From NCBI GenBank assembly GCA_043781375.1, contig JAYWBP010000038.1:40001-104000 (forward strand): a stretch of 64,000 nucleotides of DNA. The letters are read 5' to 3'. The stretch is from Novosphingobium sp. GTDB taxonomy: Bacteria > Pseudomonadota > Alphaproteobacteria > Sphingomonadales > Sphingomonadaceae. Below the pieces are notes generated by a model. That model saw nothing but the letters and a program-made list of their open reading frames with translations, had not been told where the DNA came from and searched no databases. How positions within the stretch are numbered: position 1 is the stretch's first letter; every line of letters begins with the position of its first letter. Below are positions 1 through 10,184 of this stretch, piece after piece. The position numbers and the translations under genes were made by a program.

Positions 1-146
1 CGGTACAACTCCGGATTAGTCGCCTGCAACAGCCAGAACCGTTGCTGCGCGATGGCTCCCGTGATGCCCTGGACGACGAAGAAGAGTCCAAGCACCAGCG
101 CAAACCGCCTGTGCCAGCGCCGCAGCTTCAAGGTGGATACTGCCAT
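1..146 (-). CDS. PepSY-associated TM helix protein, 5' part (runs off window)
   Basis: Hand translation from ATG at 146 (RBS GGAG): MAVSTLKLRRWHRRFALVLGLFFVVQGITGAIAQQRFWLL; RRWH...G.TG pattern; lies downstream of a TBDR; not in the ORF track. Confidence 0.7.
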   Translation of the reverse strand, partial: MAVSTLKLRRWHRRFALVLGLFFVVQGITGAIAQQRFWLLQATNPELY

Positions 147-228
147 GCTGTGCTCCAAATGGTCTGCGGACCGGTTCGATCCGCAGCGTTAGGCTCCAAC
201 AACCTCAGAAGATTGACCCGAAACGTCG

Positions 229-2658
229 CTAGTATTTGAACGACAAATTCACGCCAAACTGACGTTTGCGGGGTGCCGAAACGAAGAAGTCCCGAAAAAA
301 GGTCGTCTGGTTAAGTCCAGTCAACGGATTGACTCGGGTCAAAAGCCGGTTGAAGTCGAGGATGCGGGTCACCACCAGCGGCGTGCGATCCTGCAACAGG
401 TTGCGGGCGAACAGGCTGACGGACCAGTTGGCCTTCTGAAGGCCGAGACTGGCGTTGAGATTGAAGCTGTCACCCGCCCAGTTGAGGTTATCGACCTGAC
501 TGTATCGCTTCGATTGATAGGAAAGGTCGCCGCGCGCGAGAAACTGTAGATCGCCAGTGACAGGCCGATTGATTTCGGCAGTAAAGATCGCCTGATGCTG
601 CGGGGTCTGCGGCAGTCGGTTGCCGCTGACATCGCCTCCATCCGGACCATCGACGTCAAGCGGATTGCGCATGTCGTTGCTGAGGAACGCCGAGCGGCCG
701 TCAGTGTCGAAAATCTCCTCCGTAGTATCGTCGAAGAAGCGCGTGAACTTTGCGTCGACGTAGGTGTAGGCAAGGCGCAGATACAGCCAGTTGGCTGGCT
801 TGCCCGACACATCGAACTCGAAGCCCTTGATCCTGGACTCGCCAGCGTTTTGAATGAAGACCACGCTGTTCGGTGTGCCCGACAAACGGGTGTAAGCCTC
901 GCCGCGACTGAGCTGCTGTTTCTTCCAGTCGGTGTAGAAAGCTGCGAGCGCAAAAGTGATGCCCTTGGTCCGCCCCTTCACGCCAAGCTCATAGCTCCAC
1001 GCACTTTCCTCGTCGAAGGTCGCAAAACCGGATGCATTAAACGTTGCGATGTCCGCCGCACTCGCATCGGTCGGGAAATTGTTGAATCCCCCAGGCTTGT
1101 TGCCCTTCGCCGCGGCCACATAGACGTTTAGGTCATCGTGAATTTTATAGCGCGCGGTGAAACGCGGAAGAAAAGCACTGAATTTGACTTCTTTGACGTT
1201 AATCGCGGCCGCGGGCGGACCACCTGCCGGACCCAGGACGCGTGTCGATCCAATGATCCGGTCATATTGCTGCCGCGCCTCGGCGCTCACGGTCAGCTGG
1301 GAGGTGACGTCAGCCTCAAGCATTCCAAACACCGATTTGCTGCGCACTCCGTTGGGGCTGTCATAGGGTCGGCGCGTGTTCGTCGCGGCATTGACCTCGA
1401 ACCCAGGCAACACATCTTCATTGTACAAATACGCACCAATGGCACCGCGAACACGCTTGTCCTGCGGGCTGGCGAGACGGATTTCCTGACTGAAATCAGC
1501 GTTCTTCGAGCCATCGATGGCGAACGATGGTGCCGCAGTCACCAAAGTCGCATTGTCTTGGCCGGTGATACTGTAGTTATGATTGTAAGCCGTGTTGGAG
1601 GTCAGCGTGGTGCCCCCCTCTGTGGTGTAGGTCATCGCCAGATTGGTGCGATAAAATTTGCGGTCGAGACCATGATACCCAAGCGCCGCAAGCGCATCGT
1701 TGTTGGCAAAGTAGGACGGCAGCGTCTGGACTTCGCCGCAGTAAAAGCCGCGGCGGCTTGTATTTGTGCGGGGGAACGGCACCGTCGCGATAATCGGCGG
1801 CGCATAGCAGTTGTTTTTCAGCGAACCTTGCGGGTTGTAGGCATAGGCGGTGTCCCGGTCCTTGCTGAACCCGAACGAGGCGATAGCTTCGAATGCGTCG
1901 GTGGGCCTGAACAGCAGGCGCCCGCCGACATTGATGCTGTTCTGACCGCCGATATCTCGCTTTCCACTCGCAGCGTTGTCGTAATCGCCGCCGAAATTAT
2001 AGCTCCGGGCGTTAAGTTCGAACAACAGAACATCTTTGAAAATCGGCCCGGAAATATACCCAGACACCTCTTGATTGTCGAATTGTCCAACAGTGAGTTT
2101 GACCCGGCCGGTAAAATCGTTCGTTGGTTTACGCGTCACATAGTTGATCGCGCCCGCAAAAGTGCCACGCCCAAACAGCGCCGACTGAGGACCCTTGATG
2201 ACTTCGACACGCTCGATATTGTCGAGCTGGTAACTGGAGATGTTGTCCGACACGAACACGCCATCAATGAAAAAGGCTGCATTTGGCGCACCAACGATCG
2301 AAGACATGCCGCGGACAGATGGGCGCACGCCTGCGCCGCCGCCACCGCCGGTGCGCCCGAAACCTTGCTTGAACGAGAAGCCCGGCGTCTGGTTGGCGAT
2401 GTCCGAAATGTTGTCGAGGTTGGCGCGGTCGATGGCCTCAGCCCCGACCACCGAGATGGTAAGTGGCACGTCGACCAGTCGCTCTTCCTTCTTGCGCGCA
2501 GTCACAACGATGACATCACCGTCTTTTTGGACGAGAGCTACGGCGTTCGGCGTTCCCGTCGTCTGACTGACGGGGGCGGTCTGCGCTTCTGACATGGCTG
2601 GAACCGCACACATCGCCGTCGCAGCAAGCCGCAGAGCCTTGCGAGTAACCATTGTCAT
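229..2658 (-). CDS. TonB-dependent receptor
   Basis: Signal peptide, VIVVTARK TonB box, IERVEVIKGPQSALFGR plug motif, C-terminal aromatic residue (FKY). Confidence 0.95.
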   Translation of the reverse strand: MTMVTRKALRLAATAMCAVPAMSEAQTAPVSQTTGTPNAVALVQKDGDVIVVTARKKEERLVDVPLTISVVGAEAIDRANLDNISDIANQTPGFSFKQGFGRTGGGGGAGVRPSVRGMSSIVGAPNAAFFIDGVFVSDNISSYQLDNIERVEVIKGPQSALFGRGTFAGAINYVTRKPTNDFTGRVKLTVGQFDNQEVSGYISGPIFKDVLLFELNARSYNFGGDYDNAASGKRDIGGQNSINVGGRLLFRPTDAFEAIASFGFSKDRDTAYAYNPQGSLKNNCYAPPIIATVPFPRTNTSRRGFYCGEVQTLPSYFANNDALAALGYHGLDRKFYRTNLAMTYTTEGGTTLTSNTAYNHNYSITGQDNATLVTAAPSFAIDGSKNADFSQEIRLASPQDKRVRGAIGAYLYNEDVLPGFEVNAATNTRRPYDSPNGVRSKSVFGMLEADVTSQLTVSAEARQQYDRIIGSTRVLGPAGGPPAAAINVKEVKFSAFLPRFTARYKIHDDLNVYVAAAKGNKPGGFNNFPTDASAADIATFNASGFATFDEESAWSYELGVKGRTKGITFALAAFYTDWKKQQLSRGEAYTRLSGTPNSVVFIQNAGESRIKGFEFDVSGKPANWLYLRLAYTYVDAKFTRFFDDTTEEIFDTDGRSAFLSNDMRNPLDVDGPDGGDVSGNRLPQTPQHQAIFTAEINRPVTGDLQFLARGDLSYQSKRYSQVDNLNWAGDSFNLNASLGLQKANWSVSLFARNLLQDRTPLVVTRILDFNRLLTRVNPLTGLNQTTFFRDFFVSAPRKRQFGVNLSFKY

Positions 2659-2702
2659 CCCCCCGAATTCAATTTCCCCTCCAAAAAGACTACGTGACGA
2701 TA

Positions 2703-2724
2703 AAAATTTGTCCAGACAAATTTT
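2703..2724. promoter_or_regulatory. Palindromic operator AAAATTTGTC-CA-GACAAATTTT (GntR-type)
   Basis: Perfect 10-bp arms 45 bp upstream of the TBDR start; TTGT-N4-ACAA core. Confidence 0.65.
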
Positions 2725-3429
2725 AGATCAGGCCAGCGATGACGGTTAATTACCGTTACATTGGTGCTGTCGGTCCAGCAGCACCGAGAAAGACGTAATG
2801 CTGTGATATCAATTGGTTATGATTCCCCATCGTTGTGGACACGATGGAACAATACATGGTTTGGACTTATGCCACTGAGGCCGGAACATAAGCGAATATG
2901 GCTGCGCCATCCTGTGACTGAATACCTACCGGCTTGCGCCGGTAGGTTCGTTTCGAGCGGCTGAAGCCATATTGACTGGCGCAGTGTGGGTCTGGAGGTA
3001 GCGCGTGATCACAATTGGCTATCCAGACGATATGGTGGCGATCAGGAAATGTCAGGTGGCGGAGGTTGCACGCTATCGTGCGAGTCTGTGGCTGAAGCTA
3101 GTATCCCACTAAAGTCAGAAGGGTTCCTCCCCAAAGAGGAGTCTAAAAATTAGCGGAGTAGGTCTTCGATCTTTGCCGGACAGTTACGAAAATACGCCTT
3201 GGTCAAGTGATCCAGGGTTAGAAGGCTGGAACCGGGAATGAGCGCCGCATCGGTGGCCGCAGCTTCGACTTTCTCTTCATCGAGCACCACTCAGAGCGTC
3301 GGTTGGCTGATCCTGATGAAATTCCCTTCACTGTCATCCGCCAGCGCGGCCACCAAGATAGACGCGAGGGCCGACTTTGTTCGAAATTTCCAGATCATGC
3401 CCGCTGGCTGGCAGCGCCCAGCTCACGAT

Positions 3430-3487
3430 GCCACGTTCGTCTGACAGGACCCTTAGTGGGGACCGCTCCCGTGGTCTGACAGAGCCC
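3430..3487 (-). mobile_element. Two IS6-like terminal repeat scars
   Basis: Reverse strand reads GGGCTCTGTCAGACCACGGG and GGGTCCTGTCAGACGAA, similar to the ends beside IS6 transposase remnants at 28585 and 52650. Confidence 0.45.
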
Positions 3488-4388
3488 TTTTATTGAACGC
3501 TGCGATCACCCGTTCCAGAAAAATTCTGCAGGCAGCAGGCAGTATGCTCCCCGCGCGAGTCACGGCCTTCAGGTCAAGGCTCCAGTCAAAACGCTCGGGA
3601 TGGATGACTGCCAGGCTTCCTGAATCGATGTCGGGACGTGCCATCGAAAGCGGCATGATAGTAAAGAAGTCGGTGTGCATTAACATCGCCCGGACTAACG
3701 TGAGATCACGAACGCGAATCGCCGGATCGGGCGCCGCCACGCCAGCTTGCTGGAAAGCGAAGCGCCAGTGAGGCAAGTTGGCATCAAGGTCACCGATTGC
3801 CAAAAGGGGATAGCAGGCCAGCTCCGCAGCGGTCACGCAGCGACCATCGGCCAAAGGATGGCGGGCTCCAGCTACGACCCGGAGAGGCAGTTTAGCCAGG
3901 GTAGAGATCTCGAGCATCTCATCATCGAAGTCGGGCGAAACAGTGCCCAGGTAAACAGAAAACTCACCGCTCCGAACACGCTCTGCGACGGCAGGAAGAA
4001 CGCCAGTGAACGCTTGTATTTCGGCCGCTGGAAAATCGGCCACCATCGAACTCAGCACGGAGCTGATTTCCACCCCCGCGGCACTTGGGCCTAGGCACAG
4101 GTTGAGACGACCGATGGTGCCGCTGTTGAGAGCGGAGATGGCGTCCCGAGCATTTTCAAGATCGTGCCGGACCTGCTGCGCATAACAATGGAAAATTTCG
4201 CCGAATTCGGTCGGATGCAAAGGGTGCGAGCCACGCTGGAGCAACGGCACGCCGAGCGATTTCTCAAGTTGCGACATCGCGATGCTCAATGCAGGCTGGC
4301 TGATATTCAGCGAAGCGGCGGCCATCGTGAACGACTTGGACTGGACTACCTGCAAAAAGTAAGTGATTTGCTTAAGGCTGATGTCCAT
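3453..4388 (-). CDS. LysR family transcriptional regulator
   Basis: MDISLKQITYF...SFTMAAASLNISQPALS HTH plus substrate-binding domain; start reassigned to ATG 4388. Confidence 0.93.
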   Translation of the reverse strand: MDISLKQITYFLQVVQSKSFTMAAASLNISQPALSIAMSQLEKSLGVPLLQRGSHPLHPTEFGEIFHCYAQQVRHDLENARDAISALNSGTIGRLNLCLGPSAAGVEISSVLSSMVADFPAAEIQAFTGVLPAVAERVRSGEFSVYLGTVSPDFDDEMLEISTLAKLPLRVVAGARHPLADGRCVTAAELACYPLLAIGDLDANLPHWRFAFQQAGVAAPDPAIRVRDLTLVRAMLMHTDFFTIMPLSMARPDIDSGSLAVIHPERFDWSLDLKAVTRAGSILPAACRIFLERVIAAFNKRALSDHGSGPH

Positions 4389-4463
4389 CGTTATCCCTGC
4401 CGAAGAAATGCAACACGCGGTCAACAAAGGGAAGTGGGGATTTTGACCCCTGCGAACGACCGT

Positions 4464-5558
4464 TTATCGACCTTCTTCAGGGAATGTAAATTGATCATGC
4501 GCGCTGTCCAGTGTCGCGATGCGGACCACTTGTTTGCCCGTGTTATCGCGTTCGTATAGCCGGATCAAAGCTTCCGGCATGCGCTCCAGGCCCACGAGCA
4601 TGTCTTCCGCGACCGGCAACAAGCCCGCCCGGAACCACTTCGCCAATTCGGCTTCGGCATCGCCAAAGCGATCCGCATAGTCGTAGATGAAGAAACCCTC
4701 CATCCGTGCGTTTTGCTCACCGATGCGGTAGTAGTTCACAAGCCCGCTGATCGGTCCTTCAACATATTCCGAGATGCGACCGCACATCACTACGCGCCCC
4801 CGCAGCGCGATCTGGCCAACGCAGATATCAAGAAGTTTACCGCCAACGTTGTCGAAATAAATGTCAATTCCGTTCGGGCTTGCTTCACGCAACCGCTGTT
4901 CAAACTGCTCTTCGCGATAGTCGACCGCGATGTCGGCGCCAAGCACCTCAGTTACAAACTTACATTTCGCAGAACCGCCAGCGATTCCAATGACCCGGCA
5001 ACCAGCAATTTTTGCAAGCGGCACGACCACGGACCCCACACCTCCAGCCGCACCGGAAACAACGAGCGTCTCGCCTCGCTTTGGCCGTCCAATATCAAAC
5101 AGACCAAAATATGCGCTCAACCCCGTCATCCCAAGGGCGCCGACCGCAGTCGAAATAGGCGCCTCGCGCTGTTGCACCTCAAAAGTAAGCGATTCAGGAT
5201 ACATCGACAGGACAGCGTAATCTTGCCAGCCGACGGGACCGTGGACGATTGTGCCATCCGCTACCTTCGGTGAACGAGATTTGACAACCATGCCGACACC
5301 GCGCCCACGCATCGTTTCACCCAATTCAAGCCGCTTCGCGCGCCCTGCGTCGCGCAGCATATAATACCGCATGACCGGAGACGCCGAAAGATAGAGTGTG
5401 CGAACGAGAAACTCGTCAGGCCCAGGCTCGGGAACGGGCGCAGTTTCGAGGCGAAAGTCCGACGCCCGCACTGGTCGGCCTTCGGGTCTTTCGGCCAGCA
5501 CCCAGCGCCGGTTTATCCGGCCGTTCACGGCAAAATGCTCGCCGCCGCGTTCAGACAT
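4464..5558 (-). CDS. NADP-dependent alkenal/enone reductase (MDR, CurA/prostaglandin reductase-like)
   Basis: LAERPEG, VSGAAGGVGS, GIDIYFDNVGG, NTGKQVV motifs; start probably ATG 5558. Confidence 0.9.
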   Translation of the reverse strand: MSERGGEHFAVNGRINRRWVLAERPEGRPVRASDFRLETAPVPEPGPDEFLVRTLYLSASPVMRYYMLRDAGRAKRLELGETMRGRGVGMVVKSRSPKVADGTIVHGPVGWQDYAVLSMYPESLTFEVQQREAPISTAVGALGMTGLSAYFGLFDIGRPKRGETLVVSGAAGGVGSVVVPLAKIAGCRVIGIAGGSAKCKFVTEVLGADIAVDYREEQFEQRLREASPNGIDIYFDNVGGKLLDICVGQIALRGRVVMCGRISEYVEGPISGLVNYYRIGEQNARMEGFFIYDYADRFGDAEAELAKWFRAGLLPVAEDMLVGLERMPEALIRLYERDNTGKQVVRIATLDSAHDQFTFPEEGR

Positions 5559-5559
5559 G

Positions 5560-5901
5560 TCAGCGAACGTCAAACCCGAGCACTTGATTGCCTCGGACTG
5601 TGCAAGCTGCCGTTTTCGGTAAGCCAGCAGACGTGCCGTTTATGGCTATATCGAAGCCGTTTGGTGCAGCTGTCGAAACAGGGCTAGCTGTCAAAAATGC
5701 GTTAGGAATCTCGCGTTCGAATTTCGTTCGGCATAAATACACAGCGGTCTGCTGAGGCGAGAATGCACTTTGCGAGGGAGGAGGAAATATCAAACTGTGA
5801 AGGAATACCACAACGGCCGATCCTGCCGCGATGACGACAATCAAAAAGCTGGCCGCCTTGGCCCATTCTCCAAACCTCGTACCCGAACGCGCCGCATCCA
5901 T
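5560..5901 (-). CDS. Small membrane-anchored hypothetical protein
   Basis: 113 aa, one TM segment, two Cys; packed 1 bp from both neighbours. Confidence 0.6.
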   Translation of the reverse strand: MDAARSGTRFGEWAKAASFLIVVIAAGSAVVVFLHSLIFPPPSQSAFSPQQTAVYLCRTKFEREIPNAFLTASPVSTAAPNGFDIAINGTSAGLPKTAACTVRGNQVLGFDVR

Positions 5902-5902
5902 C

Positions 5903-8206
5903 TTAGTAACGGTAAGTTGCGGTAACGCCGAACTGACGATCGGTGCGCAGCCCCGTCAGAAAGGCGCGGGGGGTCTGGAACCCGTTAGCCGGAGTAAACA
6001 GCCGGAAGTCGCGGAAACGCAGAACGGAAAGCACGGCATGTTCGTTGGTGAGGTTTTTTGCAAACACCGTCAGCGAGAAGTGGTCATCTTCGATGCCCAA
6101 GCGAGCGTTGGCAACCAGCGACGATGGTGCATAGTTGAGATTGTCCACTTGCGCATAACGTTTGTCTACAACGCTTAGATCGCCGCGCAGGAATGCCCTG
6201 AATTGGCCCAAAACCGGCTCGGGCGTCTCATAGCCCGCGCGAATCGAAAAGGCGTACTTCGGGACCCTGGGGATCTGTTTGCCAGCGATTGATCCGTCGC
6301 CGACAATAAGAGGCGTCAAACGATCCTGCTCGGCATCGCTGCCTGCGTCTATTTTTGCGTCAATGTAAGTTAAGGTCAATCCGATGTTGAAGCCATCAGT
6401 CGGCACGATTTCCGCTGATATTTCAAAACCCTTGACGCTCGCACTGGGAAAATTGCGAACGTAACTGGTGGTGCGCTCGGGGACATTGTCGGTCAGCTGG
6501 ATATTTTTGATATCGTTATAATATGCGGCAATGTTGAAGCGAAGGCGCCGGTCCAGAAGCGTAGTTTTGGCGCCGACTTCGTACGACCATTGGGTTTCTT
6601 CTTTGAAGGTGCTTAAATCTATCGGGATATAGCGGCGCGCATCGGCCGCAGTGCCTCGCTGGATACCGCCCGGCTTATTGCCTCGGGCAACCACTCCGTA
6701 GAAAAGAATCTCGTCACTCGCCTGATAGTCCAAGGTAAAACGGGGATTGAAGCTGTTGTTCTTAAAACTGTAACTTGTGCCCGCAGCCTCGGGCGGTCGA
6801 AATGTCGGGAGCGCAATGTTCCCGCTGCCTGCCCCGACCACTGTAACTTTGGTTTCCTGAGCGTAGCGCGCCTCGGCAGTCGCGCGCAGCCGGTCAGAAA
6901 TATCGACCCCCAGTAGCCCGAAAACGGCTTTGTTGGTGGTCGTGTTATCTTCACGGCGAATCCCGGTAAAGCCGTCGTCAAGCGAGCCTTTGAACTGATA
7001 ATAATAGCCGCCGATAAGCGCGCGGACAGGCGAAGTCGCATTGGTGGCAAGGCGAAACTCCTGGCTAAAATCCTTCTCGCGATAACGCTGCTGGTTGACG
7101 TTTGAGGTCGTTACAGCCGTACCATCGCCATCGAACCCGTCGTGTCGCTTCTCATCTCCATAACCGGTCAGGGACGAGAACGTTACTGGACCGAGATCGT
7201 AACTTGCCGATAGGATCGCCTGAAATCTGTCGCGTTCGAGCCCGATGAAGTTGGAATTGACATCCCCAGGACGCTTGGCATCATAAGACAATGGGCCCAC
7301 GGGCGGCTGCACTGGGCCGCAAAAGGTGAGAAAACCGTTGGGATTGGAGCGCCTGCGAAATTCGATAGGAACAGTAATGTCCGTGCGATCGACCGCATAA
7401 CAGTTGTTGAACTCTGCGCCCTGAAGATAAAGTGCAAAAGGGCCGTCGCGGTCGGAAGCGAATGACGCCCGCCCGGAAGCCTGGAAGGATCCCAGATCGA
7501 GCGTCAGCGATCCGTTGACCGACTTCGTCCGCTCGTTTCCGATGCGACTGCCGTCGAACGCGTTCCGAAAATTATTGTCGAAATCATAATAGCGGCCCCC
7601 AACCGAGAAAAACACCTTGTCGGCAATTAGGTGGCCTCGAAGCGTCGCACTAACCTCTTTTTCGCCGAGCGTCGCCAGCGTGCCAATTAGCTGCGCGTGC
7701 AGATCGTTGGACGGTTTGGTGGTGACGTAGTTGATCGCACCAGCGTAAGTGTTGCGACCATATAAGGCAGATTGCGGACCCCTGATGATCTCGACCCGCG
7801 CAAGGTCAGTGAGACCAAACGAACTGACCGCGCCCGAAACATATACACCGTCCACAAAAAACGCGACGCCCGATTCAGTCCCGAAGTCCGAGGTGGAGAC
7901 CGCAGCGGAGCCCCGCATGGATGGGCGATCGTCGCGCCTGCCGAACGCTTTTTCGAATGATAGGCCCGGGGTCTGCCTGGCGATATCGTCGATATCCTTA
8001 AGGCCAAAGTCGGTAATGGTCCGCTGGGTAAACACTTCGACGGCAACCGGAGCTTTTTGGAGGCTCTCCTCCTGCTTTCGCGCCGTGACGATAATTTCTT
8101 CCACCCCTTTTACGCGGGTTTCCTCGGCGACAGCCACAACGGGCAAGGCAACGACAGTTGCGGCGGTGGCGATAAGCCAAACCCAACGATGCGCTCGATT
8201 GCTCAT
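5903..8206 (-). CDS. TonB-dependent receptor
   Basis: EEIIVTARK, VEIIRGPQSALYGR, C-terminal YRY; start ATG 8206 with GGGGGA RBS. Confidence 0.95.
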   Translation of the reverse strand: MSNRAHRWVWLIATAATVVALPVVAVAEETRVKGVEEIIVTARKQEESLQKAPVAVEVFTQRTITDFGLKDIDDIARQTPGLSFEKAFGRRDDRPSMRGSAAVSTSDFGTESGVAFFVDGVYVSGAVSSFGLTDLARVEIIRGPQSALYGRNTYAGAINYVTTKPSNDLHAQLIGTLATLGEKEVSATLRGHLIADKVFFSVGGRYYDFDNNFRNAFDGSRIGNERTKSVNGSLTLDLGSFQASGRASFASDRDGPFALYLQGAEFNNCYAVDRTDITVPIEFRRRSNPNGFLTFCGPVQPPVGPLSYDAKRPGDVNSNFIGLERDRFQAILSASYDLGPVTFSSLTGYGDEKRHDGFDGDGTAVTTSNVNQQRYREKDFSQEFRLATNATSPVRALIGGYYYQFKGSLDDGFTGIRREDNTTTNKAVFGLLGVDISDRLRATAEARYAQETKVTVVGAGSGNIALPTFRPPEAAGTSYSFKNNSFNPRFTLDYQASDEILFYGVVARGNKPGGIQRGTAADARRYIPIDLSTFKEETQWSYEVGAKTTLLDRRLRFNIAAYYNDIKNIQLTDNVPERTTSYVRNFPSASVKGFEISAEIVPTDGFNIGLTLTYIDAKIDAGSDAEQDRLTPLIVGDGSIAGKQIPRVPKYAFSIRAGYETPEPVLGQFRAFLRGDLSVVDKRYAQVDNLNYAPSSLVANARLGIEDDHFSLTVFAKNLTNEHAVLSVLRFRDFRLFTPANGFQTPRAFLTGLRTDRQFGVTATYRY

Positions 8207-8282
8207 GTTTCCCCCAAAAACTGCCATTAGCCTCAACGGCTGTAGAGCCCTTAATTCGCGAGCATAAGGGCGAATGCAAGTA

Positions 8283-8301
8283 GATAATAGTTTTTATTAT
8301 A
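8283..8301. promoter_or_regulatory. Possible Fur-like box in a very AT-rich divergent promoter region
   Basis: GATAATAGTTTTTATTATA, 13/19 match to GATAATGATAATCATTATC; between a TBDR and an Fe-binding protein gene. Confidence 0.3.
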
Positions 8302-8482
8302 AAAATAAAACAGTGCACGTAAATCTATAAAAAAAACTTTTAGGGCTATAAATTTAATTAAAATTGTGCATTCACAAAATTAAACGGCTTCAGATATATT
8401 GCAATGGCAAATTTTGGTGTTGCAGAGTCTACATAATAGCAATATGTATGCCGTTGATACTTTGAAAGGTTGCGGAACGCCA

Positions 8483-9538
8483 ATGAGCTTTGTCTTTTGC
8501 AACCAAAGGTCGGGCAAGGGCTCCTTGGTAATTGTGGTCTCGGCAGTCCTGGCGGCGCAGGGCGTTTCAACGCCGGTTGGCGCGGCTGAGCCGCTGACGG
8601 TATATGCTTACCGGCAAATGGCGGTCATGACGCCGCTGCTCGATCAATTCACCCGGGAAACGGGCGTCGCAATATCAGTCGTAAGCGGGCAGCCTGACGT
8701 TCTCTTAGGTCGTTTGGTCGCTGAGGGTCCAAATAGCCCCGCCGATGTTTTGCTGACAATCGACGTCACGAACCTTGAGGCCGCGCGCATTGCGGGGGTA
8801 CTGCGGCCCCTGCAGTCTTTGGAGCTTAACGCACGCGTGCCAGCGTGGCTGCGCGACAGGAATGGATATTGGGTGGCCCAAAGTTTGTGGCCGCGCGCGA
8901 TATTGACTGCAGTGGGGGAGCCTGCCCGCACTTGGTCTTACAGCGACCTTGCTGATCCGGCGCAAAAAGGCCGGGTGTGCGTCCGGTCTTCATCTGACAT
9001 CTACAGCGCAAGCTTCATGGAGTCAGCGGTTGCAAATCTTGGCAAAACGGGAGCGAGCCGCTGGGCCGAAGCGGTCATCGCTAATCTTGCGGCGGCTCCC
9101 TTCAAAACCGGAAAGGCACTCGTCAACGCGTTGGAGGCCGGTTCGTGCCGCATTGCGCTGGATAATGCGTTCTACATCGGACGTATGCGCCGCGATCCTA
9201 ATGCTTCGACTGCAGCGGCTGCGCGGACCATTGGCGTGATCTGGCCAACGGGCTGGACATCCCGGCCGAGCGGTGCGGTTTTTGCCGTAAGCGGCGCGGC
9301 GCTGGCCAAAAACTCTCCACATCCAAACGCGGGCCGCAAGTTAATCGAATTCTTGGCGAGGCCAGACATCCAGCTGCGTTATACCGATCAGACATCGGAA
9401 TTTCCGGCACTAAGTGCGCCAACGCTGCCCCCCTCTTTTGCCAGTATGCCGCTACCGCAGTTTGACCGCACGTCTCTCCGCAACAAGTCACGCACCCGCG
9501 AGGCCGACTCCATCTACCATGCCAGCGGCTGGAATTAG
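8483..9538 (+). CDS. Fe(III) ABC-type periplasmic binding protein (FutA/FbpA-like)
   Basis: LTVYAYRQ, FTRETGV, EGPNSPADVLLTID, YSDLADP..KGRVCVRS, SPHPNAGRKLIEFL; start uncertain. Confidence 0.85.
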   Translation: MSFVFCNQRSGKGSLVIVVSAVLAAQGVSTPVGAAEPLTVYAYRQMAVMTPLLDQFTRETGVAISVVSGQPDVLLGRLVAEGPNSPADVLLTIDVTNLEAARIAGVLRPLQSLELNARVPAWLRDRNGYWVAQSLWPRAILTAVGEPARTWSYSDLADPAQKGRVCVRSSSDIYSASFMESAVANLGKTGASRWAEAVIANLAAAPFKTGKALVNALEAGSCRIALDNAFYIGRMRRDPNASTAAAARTIGVIWPTGWTSRPSGAVFAVSGAALAKNSPHPNAGRKLIEFLARPDIQLRYTDQTSEFPALSAPTLPPSFASMPLPQFDRTSLRNKSRTREADSIYHASGWN

Positions 9539-9548
9539 GATTGTGACC

Positions 9549-10157
9549 ATGAACTCTGGCAAACCCAAAGATTCTTGGGGCTTCGTGTCGAAGTCGTTTC
9601 ACTGGACGATCGGCGTTCTCATAATCATGCAGTTGCTGTTTGGTCTTTTTCTCAGCACGCTCAATCTTTACCTGCCTGCCGATCTCAAAACGTATGTCGC
9701 AATAATTTCGCCCCACAAATCGCTTGGTCTGACGATCATGGCCTTGGCAATCCTGCGCTTGGCCTGGCGGCTCGCCAACGTGCGTCCGGCGATGCCTGAC
9801 TCGAGTACGCCATTTGAGCGCCGGGTAGCAAAATTGTCTCACGGATTGATGTACTTTCTGCTTATCGCCCTTCCGCTGCTTGGTCTGATTCAGTCTTCGG
9901 CATATCGGGCGAAAACGACATTCTGGGGCCTGTTCCAGCTTCCCGACATTGTTCCGGCGGCTTACGCCAGGCCTGGCGCGCGGGGAGTCTGGAAAGTCGC
10001 GCAGAATGGCCATACGGCTTTGGCGGTGATCCTGTTCGTAACGATCGTTCTGCACATTGCAGCTGCGCTTCGCCACCACTTCGTCAAGCACGACGACGTT
10101 CTTATCCGCATGCTGCCGGGCGGCTACCGCGCAAATGGCTCGGCCCCTGTCGCTTAA
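9549..10157 (+). CDS. Cytochrome b561 (YceJ/CybB family)
   Basis: FHW, HKSLGLTI, SHGLMY, LHIAAALRHH heme-ligand motifs; four TM segments. Confidence 0.92.
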   Translation: MNSGKPKDSWGFVSKSFHWTIGVLIIMQLLFGLFLSTLNLYLPADLKTYVAIISPHKSLGLTIMALAILRLAWRLANVRPAMPDSSTPFERRVAKLSHGLMYFLLIALPLLGLIQSSAYRAKTTFWGLFQLPDIVPAAYARPGARGVWKVAQNGHTALAVILFVTIVLHIAAALRHHFVKHDDVLIRMLPGGYRANGSAPVA

Positions 10158-10184
10158 TCTTGCACGTACACTGGAGACCTTACC

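Noticed and set aside
1138-2592. Long antisense or alternate-frame ORFs (e.g. 1138-2592, 9198-10523, 11500-13143, 30907-32253, 37520-38791)
   Set aside because: Shadow ORFs of well-supported genes in GC-rich DNA; no recognisable motifs
2761-3430. Apparently non-coding gap, considered as ncRNA, riboswitch or att site
   Set aside because: No recognisable tRNA or riboswitch structure; only short or interrupted ORFs; probably decayed sequence
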